Below, one piece after another: positions 48,601 to 51,604 of a DNA stretch of 64,000 nucleotides. Below the pieces are notes generated by a model. The model had not been told where the DNA came from. It was given only the letters and a program-made list of their open reading frames with translations, and made no database searches. Source of the stretch: Candidatus Danuiimicrobium aquiferis (lineage in GTDB: Bacteria > Omnitrophota > Omnitrophia > Omnitrophales > Danuiimicrobiaceae). Where the stretch lies: contig MHFR01000048.1 in assembly GCA_001804285.1 (NCBI GenBank), positions 43,622 through 107,621 of the forward strand, read 5' to 3'. Numbering within the stretch: position 1 is the stretch's first letter; each line of letters begins with the position of its first letter. The position numbers and the translations under genes are program-made.

Positions 48601-49532
48601 ACATTCAGAAATTGTTGACGGACGAAGAAGCTGCAGCAAAAGACGTAGCGGCCACCCGGGAGCGGGAACTGGCGGAAAAAATGGCGGGCCTTCCGGACCG
48701 GGTTGCGGCGCTTGAAGTTTTAGCGAAGAAAATAGAGGCTCAAGTGGCACAGTTTGGATCGCAGATTGAGACTTTCGGAAAATACGTGGCTCAAGCAACG
48801 GACATGCTTCAGCGCATGGAAGCGATGCAAACAAAGTTAGATCAATCGCAAAAACGGCGGGCAGAGGTGAGAACGGACATTCCGGTGGAAATCCATTCCG
48901 CTACGCGTTCTACGATGTCGGCTAATGTTGCGCAACAGCCCAAACGCATGATTGTGATGCTTGATTCGCTTAAATCCCCGGAATTTCGGAAAACATTTAT
49001 CCAGATGTTGGAGCAGACGAAAGCGGATCGATCGCTCGAGGTTGCGGTGGTGGCGTCATATGAAAATGAACTTTTAATTGAGCCGTATATTTTTGATTGG
49101 TTCGGGGATGCGAAATTTTTTACGAAGTATCAACAAGTCCAGCTTTATTCCGTGAACCGGTTGCTTCAGGGGCAAGATTCTCAGATTTCTCCGGAACGGA
49201 TGCGTCAGATGTTCGGCGTTCAAATGGAGGACAGCCGTTTCATCAGCCAGTTGATTGATCAAAAGAAGAAAGAGGCTCAAGCAAATGCGTTATCAACGCG
49301 CGTGGTTGTCATTGGAAACGCACAAATTTTCGAAAAAATTAAACGGCGTGATACGCCAAAACTTCTTGATGCGCCGGAGGCTTTAAAAGCAGCGCTGTTG
49401 TTATTTGATCTCGACGGTGCGATTGACTGGGTGAAAATGGCTCCTCAAGGTTATATTGATCCGACAACGACGATGATGCAGTCGCTTGAGAGTGCGATCG
49501 CCGGACAGATAAGGATCGGGACGGCAGCGTAA
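27654..49532 (+). CDS. giant (7,292 aa) membrane-anchored multi-domain protein: TraB/GumN-like domain, TM bundles, MutS core+ATPase, GDH-like NAD-binding domain, HEAT/TPR-like repeats; multiple in-frame repeat-element insertions
   Basis: Uninterrupted 21,879-nt ORF; chance ORFs of this length do not occur at this GC. N-terminal signal anchor (IALVVLICFVTT). MutS Walker A TGANMGGKST, Walker B LFFDEMLNGT and ATHD. Several TM clusters. Terminator-like repeat directly after the stop. Confidence 0.8.
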   Translation: MHFGIKQKNKSFNLSVKRATLSIFSSRFLRSIALVVLICFVTTNITWADVSVGASITTLQNEIQSLALKPFAIPREAGRIEELFLPDGMSPETPLIVYLQDAHTNLGAQENIQKIVQELAPKLKIDTVLVEGGTGEIDLSELKSYPDEKIKTNVTQFWMKEAVLNGIERAAILSKANFRLIGIEDKNLYEEAGKHFVTAKQESQAFLAELEPRLKLINEKRKAKFNQDLMVFDDLTNMFEKKQELMPLVSVIANEARNRHLDRWKYAQVEKFISLMLFEIRGGNQQQLLRAKKDLDAKQFFKELEALKQEVKESLFQNDEERAIDAEAQGLKLLRDLVSLEATPEQYQNFLKDREKIERLIENNFGILSSPHAVGGDPWIPASAGMTKPQTNSSLALESAIEFYESAIKRDDILFQNLQAALSKQSSKHIFLVTGGFHTPGIVEKLKSAKLSYVLISPQVSEEDNARQYLERVAGKRADLEEFKSKYGPHPNPLPEGEGSPNFYRQSSQRSGEGKFKGTGEGETYAVPSVSRAEVGIIRESFDWAAERSGEIDNSHWSPVNSAPFSTNVIPAKAGIQRDSRLRGNDTIFRSEARSTQNHDQYDTPAYSLNSGFDSDDTDEIQRILSEFRRISGISRKTVQQFAKEAIQSAGSKELRRLRFESTPRERSIYYWTLLILGCITVGLGAASAGWAWSAAILRDMGQKDHVSFWTSVIPMAIGLGIFIVGVIVLIALNRPYPLNEKSVYELALRFKYLDGETFRKPSDSANLLARSEVRGESEAKKPIIDVRRLEDQHHRRFQELVGLYQKIKPQSVAAEIRLFIFGAISFISMIVGFFMMSSIENPRDLVTMIMPSIAISLTALMPTIYFMWKAKKLGTLLNNILGNFSGMELTKEERSQKPKKLEQFSLRWGERFDFERKRGKQYQTPKLIEGGRMFEEEGEFFSLDQRTINDLGVESLLEKQDRTKTGFGQSRLEWLIKHPLLTPGKIRERQASIGEFIQNESFRKIMEEKFTQLGEKIRDRAFWSFDVPDFRYRPNKWMALGLTLCKFLLIPAGILLAGYSWKMLPVPFVLFLMIRSAYLNEKVIRREWKAVGKFINEILPELRQAESPLLQKIYSVLKDAVDPHGSAGIASFINRPGMLNGAWAYLNKRKELQSVLGAIGELESLYSQGQAAVDNLGYHDFPEILDRDTSVSGPEQGRPVLKFETEKLHHPAIPFEKSVGNPVRFASDHSFMILTGANMGGKSTFLKTLALAIILAQTGGPIRGFNMKLTPVKLMTLFDVRDDIAAGKSKYDAQTDRLKEMTDLAASDPRVMLFFDEMLNGTNPEDHLVIEEGTILYLVKLGIFGMLATHDLEVTELETVEKQPGVFNMHFDEKLDADRKPQADYELSQGPVEGSNAISILERKGYPPEIIDEAKRRALVRLEKKAKGQARAEVRHLENSGKAIINRGARESSILSKGLVSRAEVRNLENTEVRSQKSDMSFPQASGGNLRLLARGEFVFGRDSRQQISGMTPEYRSEARADSDSDTPAYVLDPGFDPEQYPDEVHTIQRALTKIRQITNKSQAEVQTEANKHIRFSNNYPYALLWHSEPGLFNFARAKWKFFLLAGLCLACLPSAVAMFIYWIARPFSTIQEGSEFHHSKFILYFGLFLTFAGYYFLQTFFAALPVTEANVFAIFRGIDFITKDEYRDLTLTLKSSNPSAETRAEARAEPDYDTPGYNLRPGFDGDQINTLQGALTTVRKVTKKSKDEVQRAANKYLWPYRFRFFSYYDETGLFDIARFRNPPGKIPNYLRAFLSPSGLFSLLAALIFALVFAIPVALAQRSFMRMVHDVMTTLTFPLGIQIDDAAERLPAYTRMITNPYWWGIVFFMANIWAAATVLKLLRVTEANIYTILYRVGFLTKDEYEDLLKTLESSQPLGQETLSGSRSADKRKIGRRSPIEAASNYLLMGFAEARHLARLHQQAMRLSAAGRYVPARNLRLKTMIWRGIVIKGGKWIDIFQLVKEFMRGWFDIFDLPKKLINQQSIQFLSYEYLGERYHREMFLDSEEGNALYGLLDEMKNDPKRFPGIDWSKHSAIYGHWEVSSYRYERSEVRNLAPEKGTGISLKSERLPVPFSVLTYAPVLSAAKSAARSETRAGAEKDPIGLRKIEQIARGYKDIRRSRRMIYPNIILDRWQLPPAFEPYQDAVLNRRAPEFEAGMGVALIVPGEDIKAALRKKKEPEERVQALIRLIETMVIKGIMKAWHARVLKFGLKDEKNQWSEKALNKPEILQVVLQELSGEKLEILKQCVDIWFKRIREGPEGRLGSGLVLIQKDAELLYDYLRNVHAPHQNLTGYHNIAGSIVESIFRGDIAAKVHSLDEYVKQSWAMELTDALHTLETPANASIAEAAVERVTQIAEQSKNNRIITLAGSLEDALADEERKNKLIARIKTILIDEKLKVLDFAFSRLEEAEKRLHEMEEFQREHRHMFTMQTDYYAFADIAEGYTRRVEEMFGQTPKDYSGRRMKMLMKNFEEMEFRNLGRSQRQGGGLPFTTGLQVAKLLWARERKPVRVLRAFNRLINKQELLEAVKGVKTRSNGTARPEEAKSPKAYVEFLGEHRMSAIALELVYYGIGEVAQQLREDLGTHAQDVLAYLNKMEMPAFQGEGEWKEKLHKQTAAILKALRDIEGIFEKDDAEKDISKKLSINKRASIVFEHAARLHQEMDPSWFPNDRTIDLLLLYWTNTFKVGGADRIHEALGSILENDLFYDFEDGKRKQKSPDEILKLLDTNRALSQLATFERRQLKSVLFELGLINPEDVYPAMFKYVMEKIGTAKPRMVVFYDRHLPLENSSPIIERIVKSGKYSSDDIIFVPWPEYTTPLGETVAIADGLMDLMRQMANPERGKQVLPVKKYSVRDQQWFGEFVIREIAGKIFEPEEQTALFQQQQRIGTKSWGDIGPMLKSRLGSLVMKPLLAEAEKRIKAIHRPATQETGEGDEETRRYERALWDRSGAVTRETKRLIEKFYGMLNDVMNRIDIGKQAGIEDVEFPPSEEQFIYALFLYMMKKSYPDMLFVSVHRDVIIKKSEDIQWTLEELQQGFRLVTTDKAKEIHQGLEIPQLSWRKRSRQAHIHLAVEQLVSARRVNAEVPIVFVELKQDAQKIESVPQETLAKAILGLYALSLSNFASYFTIRDVVPSRSGVLGDPYRIADYLLRPEPETEAQIEQGAKALGENYFDRVLTKMKGQARAEARSDLKRRSFAEVLWNYLWMPKEAIQLAKLHAEARKLAHAGKFDQARELRIKIFIWREVVLEKDRWLGPDQFREAMFGDSSIDSLFMNFVQHKMHHDAPTHSDQIETVVDLLWEVESDHVHFPGFRVIVDVRKGPQGVACRYDEKKRSEARNGEVAKEIPEELDFYIKEFLSILPENKRPNIKKFKAANQVIRTNLNDPVRIKYKLPVTIVFRPEFFIRGLPPDLQPRGMPWQLVYTNHDLADEAFESLLVIHGNKEIEEVNLSQGPVDYFISSSEKAYRHKRRSILSFTPLEGRTMDDVNQGTSYLDGAFSAIVAKPIKSKGELTEKQLQKKTDEQKRKIIELWTKSLVNIGILGQVYIASTGNLMQAEEMDLIIQYAYDMESLEEAEQRQMARGQPSGAVDYQPVFGRRDLPPAVGVSDVNLGIPKKKWKIQGIGPVNAILALIKHPVIQKKYFGGQEPPQVNVGFFGFGRVAAQMASVVIYDYANITPIQFSGIIDEARQIYSKWGELPVPVLQELIRRVNQRADSPLQKLARRFRRYGVRELSSNSVQQKVLSENIDVLVLASPPQTFGEKEAERFEGKIVIEANQNVATKKAIQILNQRGIKFVPYSTVNIGESYAARHEFANPFMKAPRYDKEFYVLNGIVGHTFANIWMGLESFEKNRLNQWKTLILWIVSAALIGTASGWLGGILLSIPLIGISVGFSLGTIAGLIAAYIFEPQAAKSMVQTVGELNERMNREIDALVVEMYHLTPELHDFKQDEQNKTQLRAICNRLLSRIKEKKLSAEQKRQYYRILGKIYLLMSQKGRNETYMPYVVALKIAVFQEVNAVIISKSYDLKKLKEHLRYPQKSDAIQKRVAAFVIGQARHEPKDIPEIVEALGDQLIKSDDYHVRAECAKALGLIRHSKGKSYLFMSFFSTKETDSSVKEWVEWALARYNVNWEANAEAYYEKELLPIQRRIEQFERITDLRKSTQPRPAFWEQIKEGLQSFQSLYRKAGQTYFEYAQMKRMEGDDETALKHYKEAINLLGKAGWEGNAFPFIVQQEIAEIYWTLNQPAKMREALLKMILPGAAFELVKGKEIKEQRNIQDFLMPIEIYQRLAFERFFIWNGFKPETAEVMAAALNHYIERKYNELIHDFGYVGKMDEVDAREQLIRKDIEILEEINKKIIPKLYIEDEKAGKIPFLKLMILVTTNMYYQRFPKLMQWIVQTLSEEKIPPEIQKPTNPEAKFLQDLFVEIGLIQGSNEGAAGGRSEIRSKGEEYLNRHALINEFGTFKRANLEKEFMPFLNQLKSQDSVLIERGFENIKQHLNAELKRAKQLSRQDEAKRVRSFVAGRLVAMIPRMKERYIPNVVELYEILLGSMTYSVSRYLGSGVARDPETQIRIRLLKILQKGSETGTRPNIAISILKSETFAGSRGLLKTEPEKEYLKIVDQTILKRIAKAFRAGDARQRLSLLQDLLEGVRASKGFAIEVSNQSLSSLLVGVLGRFRFSVEESIIMNEIKKTVENQAASPLIRQVRRAMVFGMLNPPVYQNLDDIYFYDSDRAIYHAAILLEHGLIPLIHLPVFASGIQDKNDLHKEQKYSEQIFSGIKRLRKENPKALLAVGGIKNFQAAMRAVENGVNVLFVSKSLSSRQIKKLKWYAEKIHPENPDILVLSGVERGKKMTRGLNRQTGGGFLALDKPEEAAVNEDEIQRLKRLQEKRPQNVFGFYWLFLNRAVEEAMKTPADFIVVDAEFSLGTQAEITAQWLENLKNETIQQRIRQRRLDKRTVSGKPEGRAEVRNLESNSNRLSTGTNESTFKLPKRSLKRAEARSPIADLAKKGQVANMFSEEDPSVVYLAAKKMKDAAGTVLAHRMSAIDKDLVGPVFGLVIETDEGQSFLIQRLAEGTFDENIQTREWIAVHTVQETRAGPETDDQSWTIISEQPQYLTTPEAIQNIRLGEHVQIAYQQKTEKNQAAIILTAPNSTDRRKLTIYSVEILPEGIQAVDSTADDAEAIDPYLYDFQDQEPGSAVVEERAPKRTVPDFSDTLAPKAKKAPRSFASAKKRIFRALKRIPFLFFVFLIGGSVVLSYFYIHSLETETMRGVTYQHLPFVASQIEWKDLTRERYLSNNPNSTVDDVLTSELAEPIRMLAQYNQQRWLQIYRIEIANAKVPVSQPAQTGNNFRVGATPVSNETKPALQIGVFHDRTLGEPNPPFPQETIVSLDPLDRKALHQFKVAVYGKPAAQYNLDFARQQKDAITYWTYFYLFAGVIIFAAGLVSEFVFRKSRIIRRENIRADRRERNAREFRQAEGHSGRTEGGERGRAEVRAAKNVFRLKVVVVPGLSRYREIEGHQVFTKPLADMTDEMRRKLNEWFKPFMGEGFYQFVTTTGMPDFIFLTKVQIVSGNVIKQTLEDESGAEPAEADQSYQLITFIPLTPFAVQQTGLFKTLVREYMKQANIKEPIYFLRSHVYRTTTPEVNIEQKEESREITITRSGHSSLVIEEMGRAEGRNLAPEKGTGILLKREQLPVPFSGKSELRHIENSSEFSVPSFRLGRMDQLETQFRAEARNEIAAELNPGLEAVFIRAPKNVLAGIVKELYPTDDARRTGFLNLIQNPEADHDRWLPVGHRLLLGWWREAPYAGTMVLTFDLRKLNAAQIREFKRKREGKHALEGDFWLYINRVIRRITGQSIELGGVESDDKTLSPEELLLRLKILEPTWTSGNIDALIHVGNFFRAKGDLGRAEFFLRKAAELLPENEDSFWRDQQAKKIINILTAAYENVATEYIKIGDRDSLQKARTLLDFVFYGLLNQYPLKDSVARVAGRYNQLVGILYHRDLRDAGDALKKEISLLRQYRVASRVPEQAKYVFGTTLKLIRAYWGESPSTWGLRTYQNRHEGAMRRRDDAIEWMKIAETLTGDPEFRAHMTDAQIRDFEKMKTYYGGLQGEFSWITNGDYGTPGHMMLEFRGAMHHQDIQAIQRRSPLVLKHIEYCRNNRTNRRLQPQERLIMREIRSFEKRHEWDDVNRSEDETRRSEAREESAEKRELPEEIQAAVELIRQAMESFQAGTKERERMKWAYQYFTELFQKGKLRIEIIEGYETFASKGSTDHDPMVIKVGAQNLASPEITARALIVGFYLLYLKPENKTEPVFKKTVIGKAKWLTEKTDFHFPKTPAEKSEEGALRAIGPQTVKELGELKDHLASIRSESAKEAARDARNVQVDPVMVQALQQFANESKGNLTEAWRLYAEILNEHLEHRQSEKLVQFLTQFLNTFLIVVAKRSTFQDLFLEVPESFAETLIDYFNSPAPGQGGIDDYRALLLESIRSINPDALDRFIGNKALLFGIAKMIESAEVSVKIARGKISSSRISATAAAGRQTLRELAAQAGGNLLPLLEGARVITDTGRLLPGPEPSGAGADGVLAPGTVRPVKDHLPVNAEYKGFQAALRNALKAALKKKPIPSFVEFAEREVPRLLENMHHAFEQRENKIRGGLDELSEWLKFLHNQVAGGGPLNGDWATFISKTEGAEFQGAGKDLGKEKLSELYTVIFLAQTIYAYLHAGRYQTTAADARNEINNRLKALAESEGPPVFSAVQQWFTRFEHDVQTAETQAATQASIIQARRDDYEARTTKVRRPKEGAGAAAHVESNAIPVAEEPQAIAQEPTFKGFQQRLVHAKLNATILNADREKAMATLVFLVAGEEKKGLEAMPAYLARTKDNYDKGRRTLLMQLHPDRLRRKPTAVEQKIYQFFDQYKDFPGTGQGFKTGGDFGTQLVDIQKLLTDEEAAAKDVAATRERELAEKMAGLPDRVAALEVLAKKIEAQVAQFGSQIETFGKYVAQATDMLQRMEAMQTKLDQSQKRRAEVRTDIPVEIHSATRSTMSANVAQQPKRMIVMLDSLKSPEFRKTFIQMLEQTKADRSLEVAVVASYENELLIEPYIFDWFGDAKFFTKYQQVQLYSVNRLLQGQDSQISPERMRQMFGVQMEDSRFISQLIDQKKKEAQANALSTRVVVIGNAQIFEKIKRRDTPKLLDAPEALKAALLLFDLDGAIDWVKMAPQGYIDPTTTMMQSLESAIAGQIRIGTAA
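27744..29063 (+). other. TraB/GumN/TIKI-like domain within giant protein (approximate bounds)
   Basis: C-terminal family motif HIFLVTGGFHTPGIVEKLKSAKLSYVLI (cf. FVAVGAGHL.G..G....L...GY.V). N-terminal PLIVYLQDAHTNLG. A MITE (28757-28814) sits inside. Confidence 0.4.
28757..28814. repeat. double-hairpin MITE core inside giant ORF, in frame (SSPHAVGGDPWIPASAGMT)
   Basis: GTCATCCCCGCATGCAGTAGGCGGGGATCCATGGATTCCCGCTTCCGCGGGAATGACA. Confidence 0.75.
29117..29221. repeat. palindromic-core repeat inside giant ORF, in frame (HPNPLPEGEGS...GTGEGE), with internal insertion
   Basis: CCCTCACCCTAACCCTCTCCCTGAGGGAGAGGGCAG ...(59 nt)... GGGTGAGGGGG. Confidence 0.7.
29316..29340. repeat. short repeat AGTCACTGGTCACCAGTCAATAGTG in giant ORF (SHWSPVNS)
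   Basis: Related to the intergenic repeat at 55761-55832 (GGTCACTGGACACCAGACACCAG...CTGGTGACTAGTGAC). Confidence 0.45.
29358..29412. repeat. double-hairpin MITE core inside giant ORF, in frame (VIPAKAGIQRDSRLRGND)
   Basis: GTCATCCCCGCAAAAGCGGGGATCCAGCGGGATTCCCGCCTCCGCGGGAATGACA. Confidence 0.75.
30472..31925 (+). other. MutS domain III (core/lever) + domain V (ABC-type ATPase) segment of giant protein, with TM hairpin in place of clamp domain IV
   Basis: LDQRTINDLGV...TKTGFGQSRLEWLIKHPLL...IRERQASIGEF matches MutS domain III. HPAIPFEK...ILTGANMGGKSTFLKTLALAIILAQTGGPI...LFDVRDDIAAGKS...MLFFDEMLNGTNPED...MLATHDLEVTEL...VFNMHFDE matches MutS domain V motif by motif. Confidence 0.8.
32097..32192. 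repeat. double-hairpin MITE variant inside giant ORF, in frame (MSFPQASGGNLRLLARGEFVFGRDSRQQISGMT)
   Basis: GTCATTCCCGCAGGCTTCTGGCGGGAATC...GATTCCCGACAACAGATTTCGGGAATGACA. Confidence 0.7.
33950..33999 (+). repeat. terminator-like hairpin (family D) inside giant ORF, in frame (EKGTGISLKSERLPVPFS)
   Basis: AAAAGGGGACAGGCA-N19-TGCCTGTCCCCTTTTCTGTTTTG. Preceded by the RSEVRNLAP motif. Confidence 0.7.
38590..39230 (+). other. Glu/Leu/Phe/Val-dehydrogenase-like NAD(P)-binding domain (degenerate) within giant protein
   Basis: KIQGIGPVNAIL...VGFFGFGRVAAQMA (GxGxxG/A) and DVLVLAS...KIVIEANQNVATKKAIQILNQRGIKFVPYSTVNIGESY. Compare the GDH signature KIVVEAANGPTT.EA..IL..RGI.VPD...N.GGV..SYFEW. Confidence 0.5.
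44830..44880 (+). repeat. second terminator-like hairpin (family D) inside giant ORF, in frame (EKGTGILLKREQLPVPFSG)
   Basis: AAAAGGGAACAGGCA-N20-TGCCTGTCCCCTTTTCC. Preceded by RAEGRNLAP. Confidence 0.7.
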
Positions 49533-49536
49533 CAAC

Positions 49537-49590
49537 AAAAAGAGGCAGGCAGCTGGGCGTATAGATACATGAATTGCCCGCCCCTTTTTA
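49537..49590 (+). terminator. diverged family-D hairpin immediately after giant-gene stop; likely its intrinsic terminator
   Basis: AAAAAGAGGCAGGCA-N23-TGCCCGCCCCTTTTTAT, starting 5 nt after TAA (49530-49532). Confidence 0.5.
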
Positions 49591-49600
49591 TTGAAAATTT

Positions 49601-49709
49601 CAATGTCCAAGTACCCAATGACGCAGGGAATTTCCAATTCCCAAATCACAATTGGAATTTAATTTTTTCGGGATTTATTTGGTCATTGCGTCCTTGGTCA
49701 TTGGACATT
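49601..49709. repeat. MITE-like repeat (family F) with AATGTCCAA...TTGGACATT inverted termini
   Basis: Shares an internal block with 21640-21750. Confidence 0.5.
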
Positions 49710-49767
49710 TATTACGCATCTTTTCTTTCTTGTTTCTACCAGTCCTTTATGCTTTAATAATTTCCAC

Positions 49768-50614
49768 TATGAACACCACGCCTTCTAATAAAATCCACTT
49801 TGGCCACAGCCCCGACCCTGACGATGCATTTATGTTTTATGCGATTGCAAACCAAAAAATCGATACCGCCGGATTTGAAATTGAACATGTTGTCGAAGAT
49901 ATTGAGTCGCTCAATCATCGCGCGATTCGCGGCGAACTTGAAGCCACCGCGGTTTCAGTCCACGCGTATGGACATGTCTCGGATCAATACGCGATTATGC
50001 GCTCTGGCGCGAGTGTCGGTGAAGGATACGGTCCCGTCGTCGTTTCTGCTAACCCTTTATCAATAAAAGATTTAGAAACCAAGACAATCGCTGTCCCCGG
50101 GATGCTCACGACTGCGTATTTGGTTTTGAAATTATGCCTGCATGATTTCCGGACGGTTGTGGTTCCTTTCGATCAAATTATGGATCATGTCTTTGAAGAA
50201 AAAGCGGATGCGGGTGTGATCATTCATGAAGGACAATTAACGTACGAAGACCGGCATCTTTATAAGGTTCTTGATTTGGGGGCGTGGTGGTTTTCGGAAA
50301 CAAAACTTCCGCTTCCTCTTGGGATTGACGTGATTCGTAAAGATCTCGGGTTTGATAAAATGAAAGCGCTTGCACGCGTTTTTCGGGAAAGCATTATTTA
50401 TTCTCTCGAACACCGGAAGGAAGCGCTTGAATATGCGCTTCCGTTCGGCCGCGGAATTTCGCGAACGGATGAAGACCGGTTTGTCGCGATGTATGTGAAT
50501 GATTTTACACGCGATATCGGTGAAAGAGGCGAAGCTGCGATCCGAGAACTTTTAAACCGTGGCGTAAAAACCGGAGTACTTGCAAAAAAAGTGGCGCCGG
50601 AATTTGTTGGATAA
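49768..50614 (+). CDS. MqnA/MqnD-family protein, most like 1,4-dihydroxy-6-naphthoate synthase (futalosine pathway)
   Basis: N-terminus KIHFGHSPDPDDAFMFYAIANQKID resembles the MqnD start (LGFSPCPNDTFIFYAL). Start set after the family-F repeat; the track ORF extends into the repeat. Confidence 0.55.
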
Positions 50615-50635
50615 GAGTTGAATGACAAATCAAAT

Positions 50636-50726
50636 GTATCTGTTTAGCGTTTTGAGGTTGACTATCGCCCCTCACCCTAACCCTCTCCCTCGGGGAGAGG
50701 GCAGGGGTGAGGGGACGCATTTGTTA
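50636..50726. mobile_element. MITE, TIR framework with palindromic core, between convergent genes
   Basis: GTATCTGTTTAGCGTTTTGAGGTTGAC...CCCCTCACCCTAACCCTCTCCCTCGGGGAGAGGGCAGGGGTGAGGGG... Confidence 0.7.
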
Positions 50727-50746
50727 TTACTTAGTTCGTCATTTCC

Positions 50747-51172
50747 TTACGGCACCGCTCCCGCGCAATCAACCGTATACTGATAATCGTTCCGCTCGCA
50801 TTCTTCGATGAACCTTACGCCGGCTTCAAAAATTCCGGTATCTAAATTTAATTTCCGCCAGGCGATTTCTGCGAGTAACCGGTTATCGGTGATTTTCAGC
50901 AGGGCATTGTAAGGAATGAGCTTTTTCAGTTTGTTTGCGTTGACCTGAAGAATGATTTGCGAATTTCTTTCAAGCGGCGCAAGCGTTGTAATTTTAATTC
51001 CGCCTTTTCCCAAATCTTTAATTTTTGCGGTTAGAAAAATTCCGGCAGTTTTCGAAAATTTGCTAAGGTCATAAATTTTAATTAATTCGCTAAAAGGAAT
51101 GCGTTTATGCCGTCTTCGTTCGGAGCCGAGGATTTTTCGGGTCACATTTCTTATTTCAGCTGTTTGAATCAT
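50747..51172 (-). CDS. PilZ-domain protein (putative c-di-GMP receptor)
   Basis: RRHKRIP (RxxxR) followed by DLGKGGI (D/NxSxGG-like). Confidence 0.5.
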   Translation of the reverse strand: MIQTAEIRNVTRKILGSERRRHKRIPFSELIKIYDLSKFSKTAGIFLTAKIKDLGKGGIKITTLAPLERNSQIILQVNANKLKKLIPYNALLKITDNRLLAEIAWRKLNLDTGIFEAGVRFIEECERNDYQYTVDCAGAVP

Positions 51173-51329
51173 TTGTCATATTTTATAGGACGAAAGCAAT
51201 TAAAAATCAAATCGTTCCACTATTTTTCTAAATTTTTAATTCCTTGCCATGTCTGACGAACGCTGTGATATTTGTTTATCGGCTGACGGGTCGGGAAACT
51301 GAATGCGGGGTGGGAGGTAATGCTGCCTT

Positions 51330-51590
51330 GTCATTCCCGCATGCTTCCCTCGGCAAAGCGAAGGCCAACCCTGTATTTCCAGGGTAGGCGGGAATCTGTT
51401 AAGCATGGATCCCCGACACCCAAGAAAAACTGGGGCCGGCCCTTTCTTTTCCAAGGGAAGCTTTCGGGGATCAAATTCGCGCGTTCAACTTTACATTTTG
51501 TCATTCCCGCATGCCTTAGGCGGGAATCGATGTTCATAGATCCCCGACAAAAGCTTTCGGGGATTAAATTCGCACATCGACTTACGTTCC
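51330..51590. repeat. two tandem copies of a ~125-165-bp double-hairpin MITE (51330-51495; 51500-51590)
   Basis: Each copy: GTCATTCCCGCATGC...GGCGGGAATC...GATCCCCGACA...TTTCGGGGAT(C/T)AAATTCGC. Confidence 0.7.
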
Positions 51591-51604
51591 GTAAGATCGA
51601 GTGC

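Noticed and set aside
27744-49280. Numerous 60-225-aa ORFs on the minus strand and in other plus frames inside the giant gene (e.g. 38607..39284 -, 33816..34331 -, 29068..29529 +)
   Set aside because: They are fully overlapped by the single continuous sense ORF with recognisable domains, and have no domain signatures of their own. Several are just reverse or shifted translations of repeat elements.
27654-49532. Possibility that the giant ORF is an assembly chimera or a fusion of several genes by MITE insertions
   Set aside because: Separate genes would be separated by stop codons in at least some junctions, and none exists over 21.9 kb. I cannot exclude mis-assembly without reads, so this is flagged as a check rather than a rejection of the feature.
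49652-49767. N-terminal extension of the MqnD-like ORF
   Set aside because: It overlaps the family-F inverted-repeat element (49601-49709). The conserved MqnA/D N-terminal motif begins right after ATG 49768.
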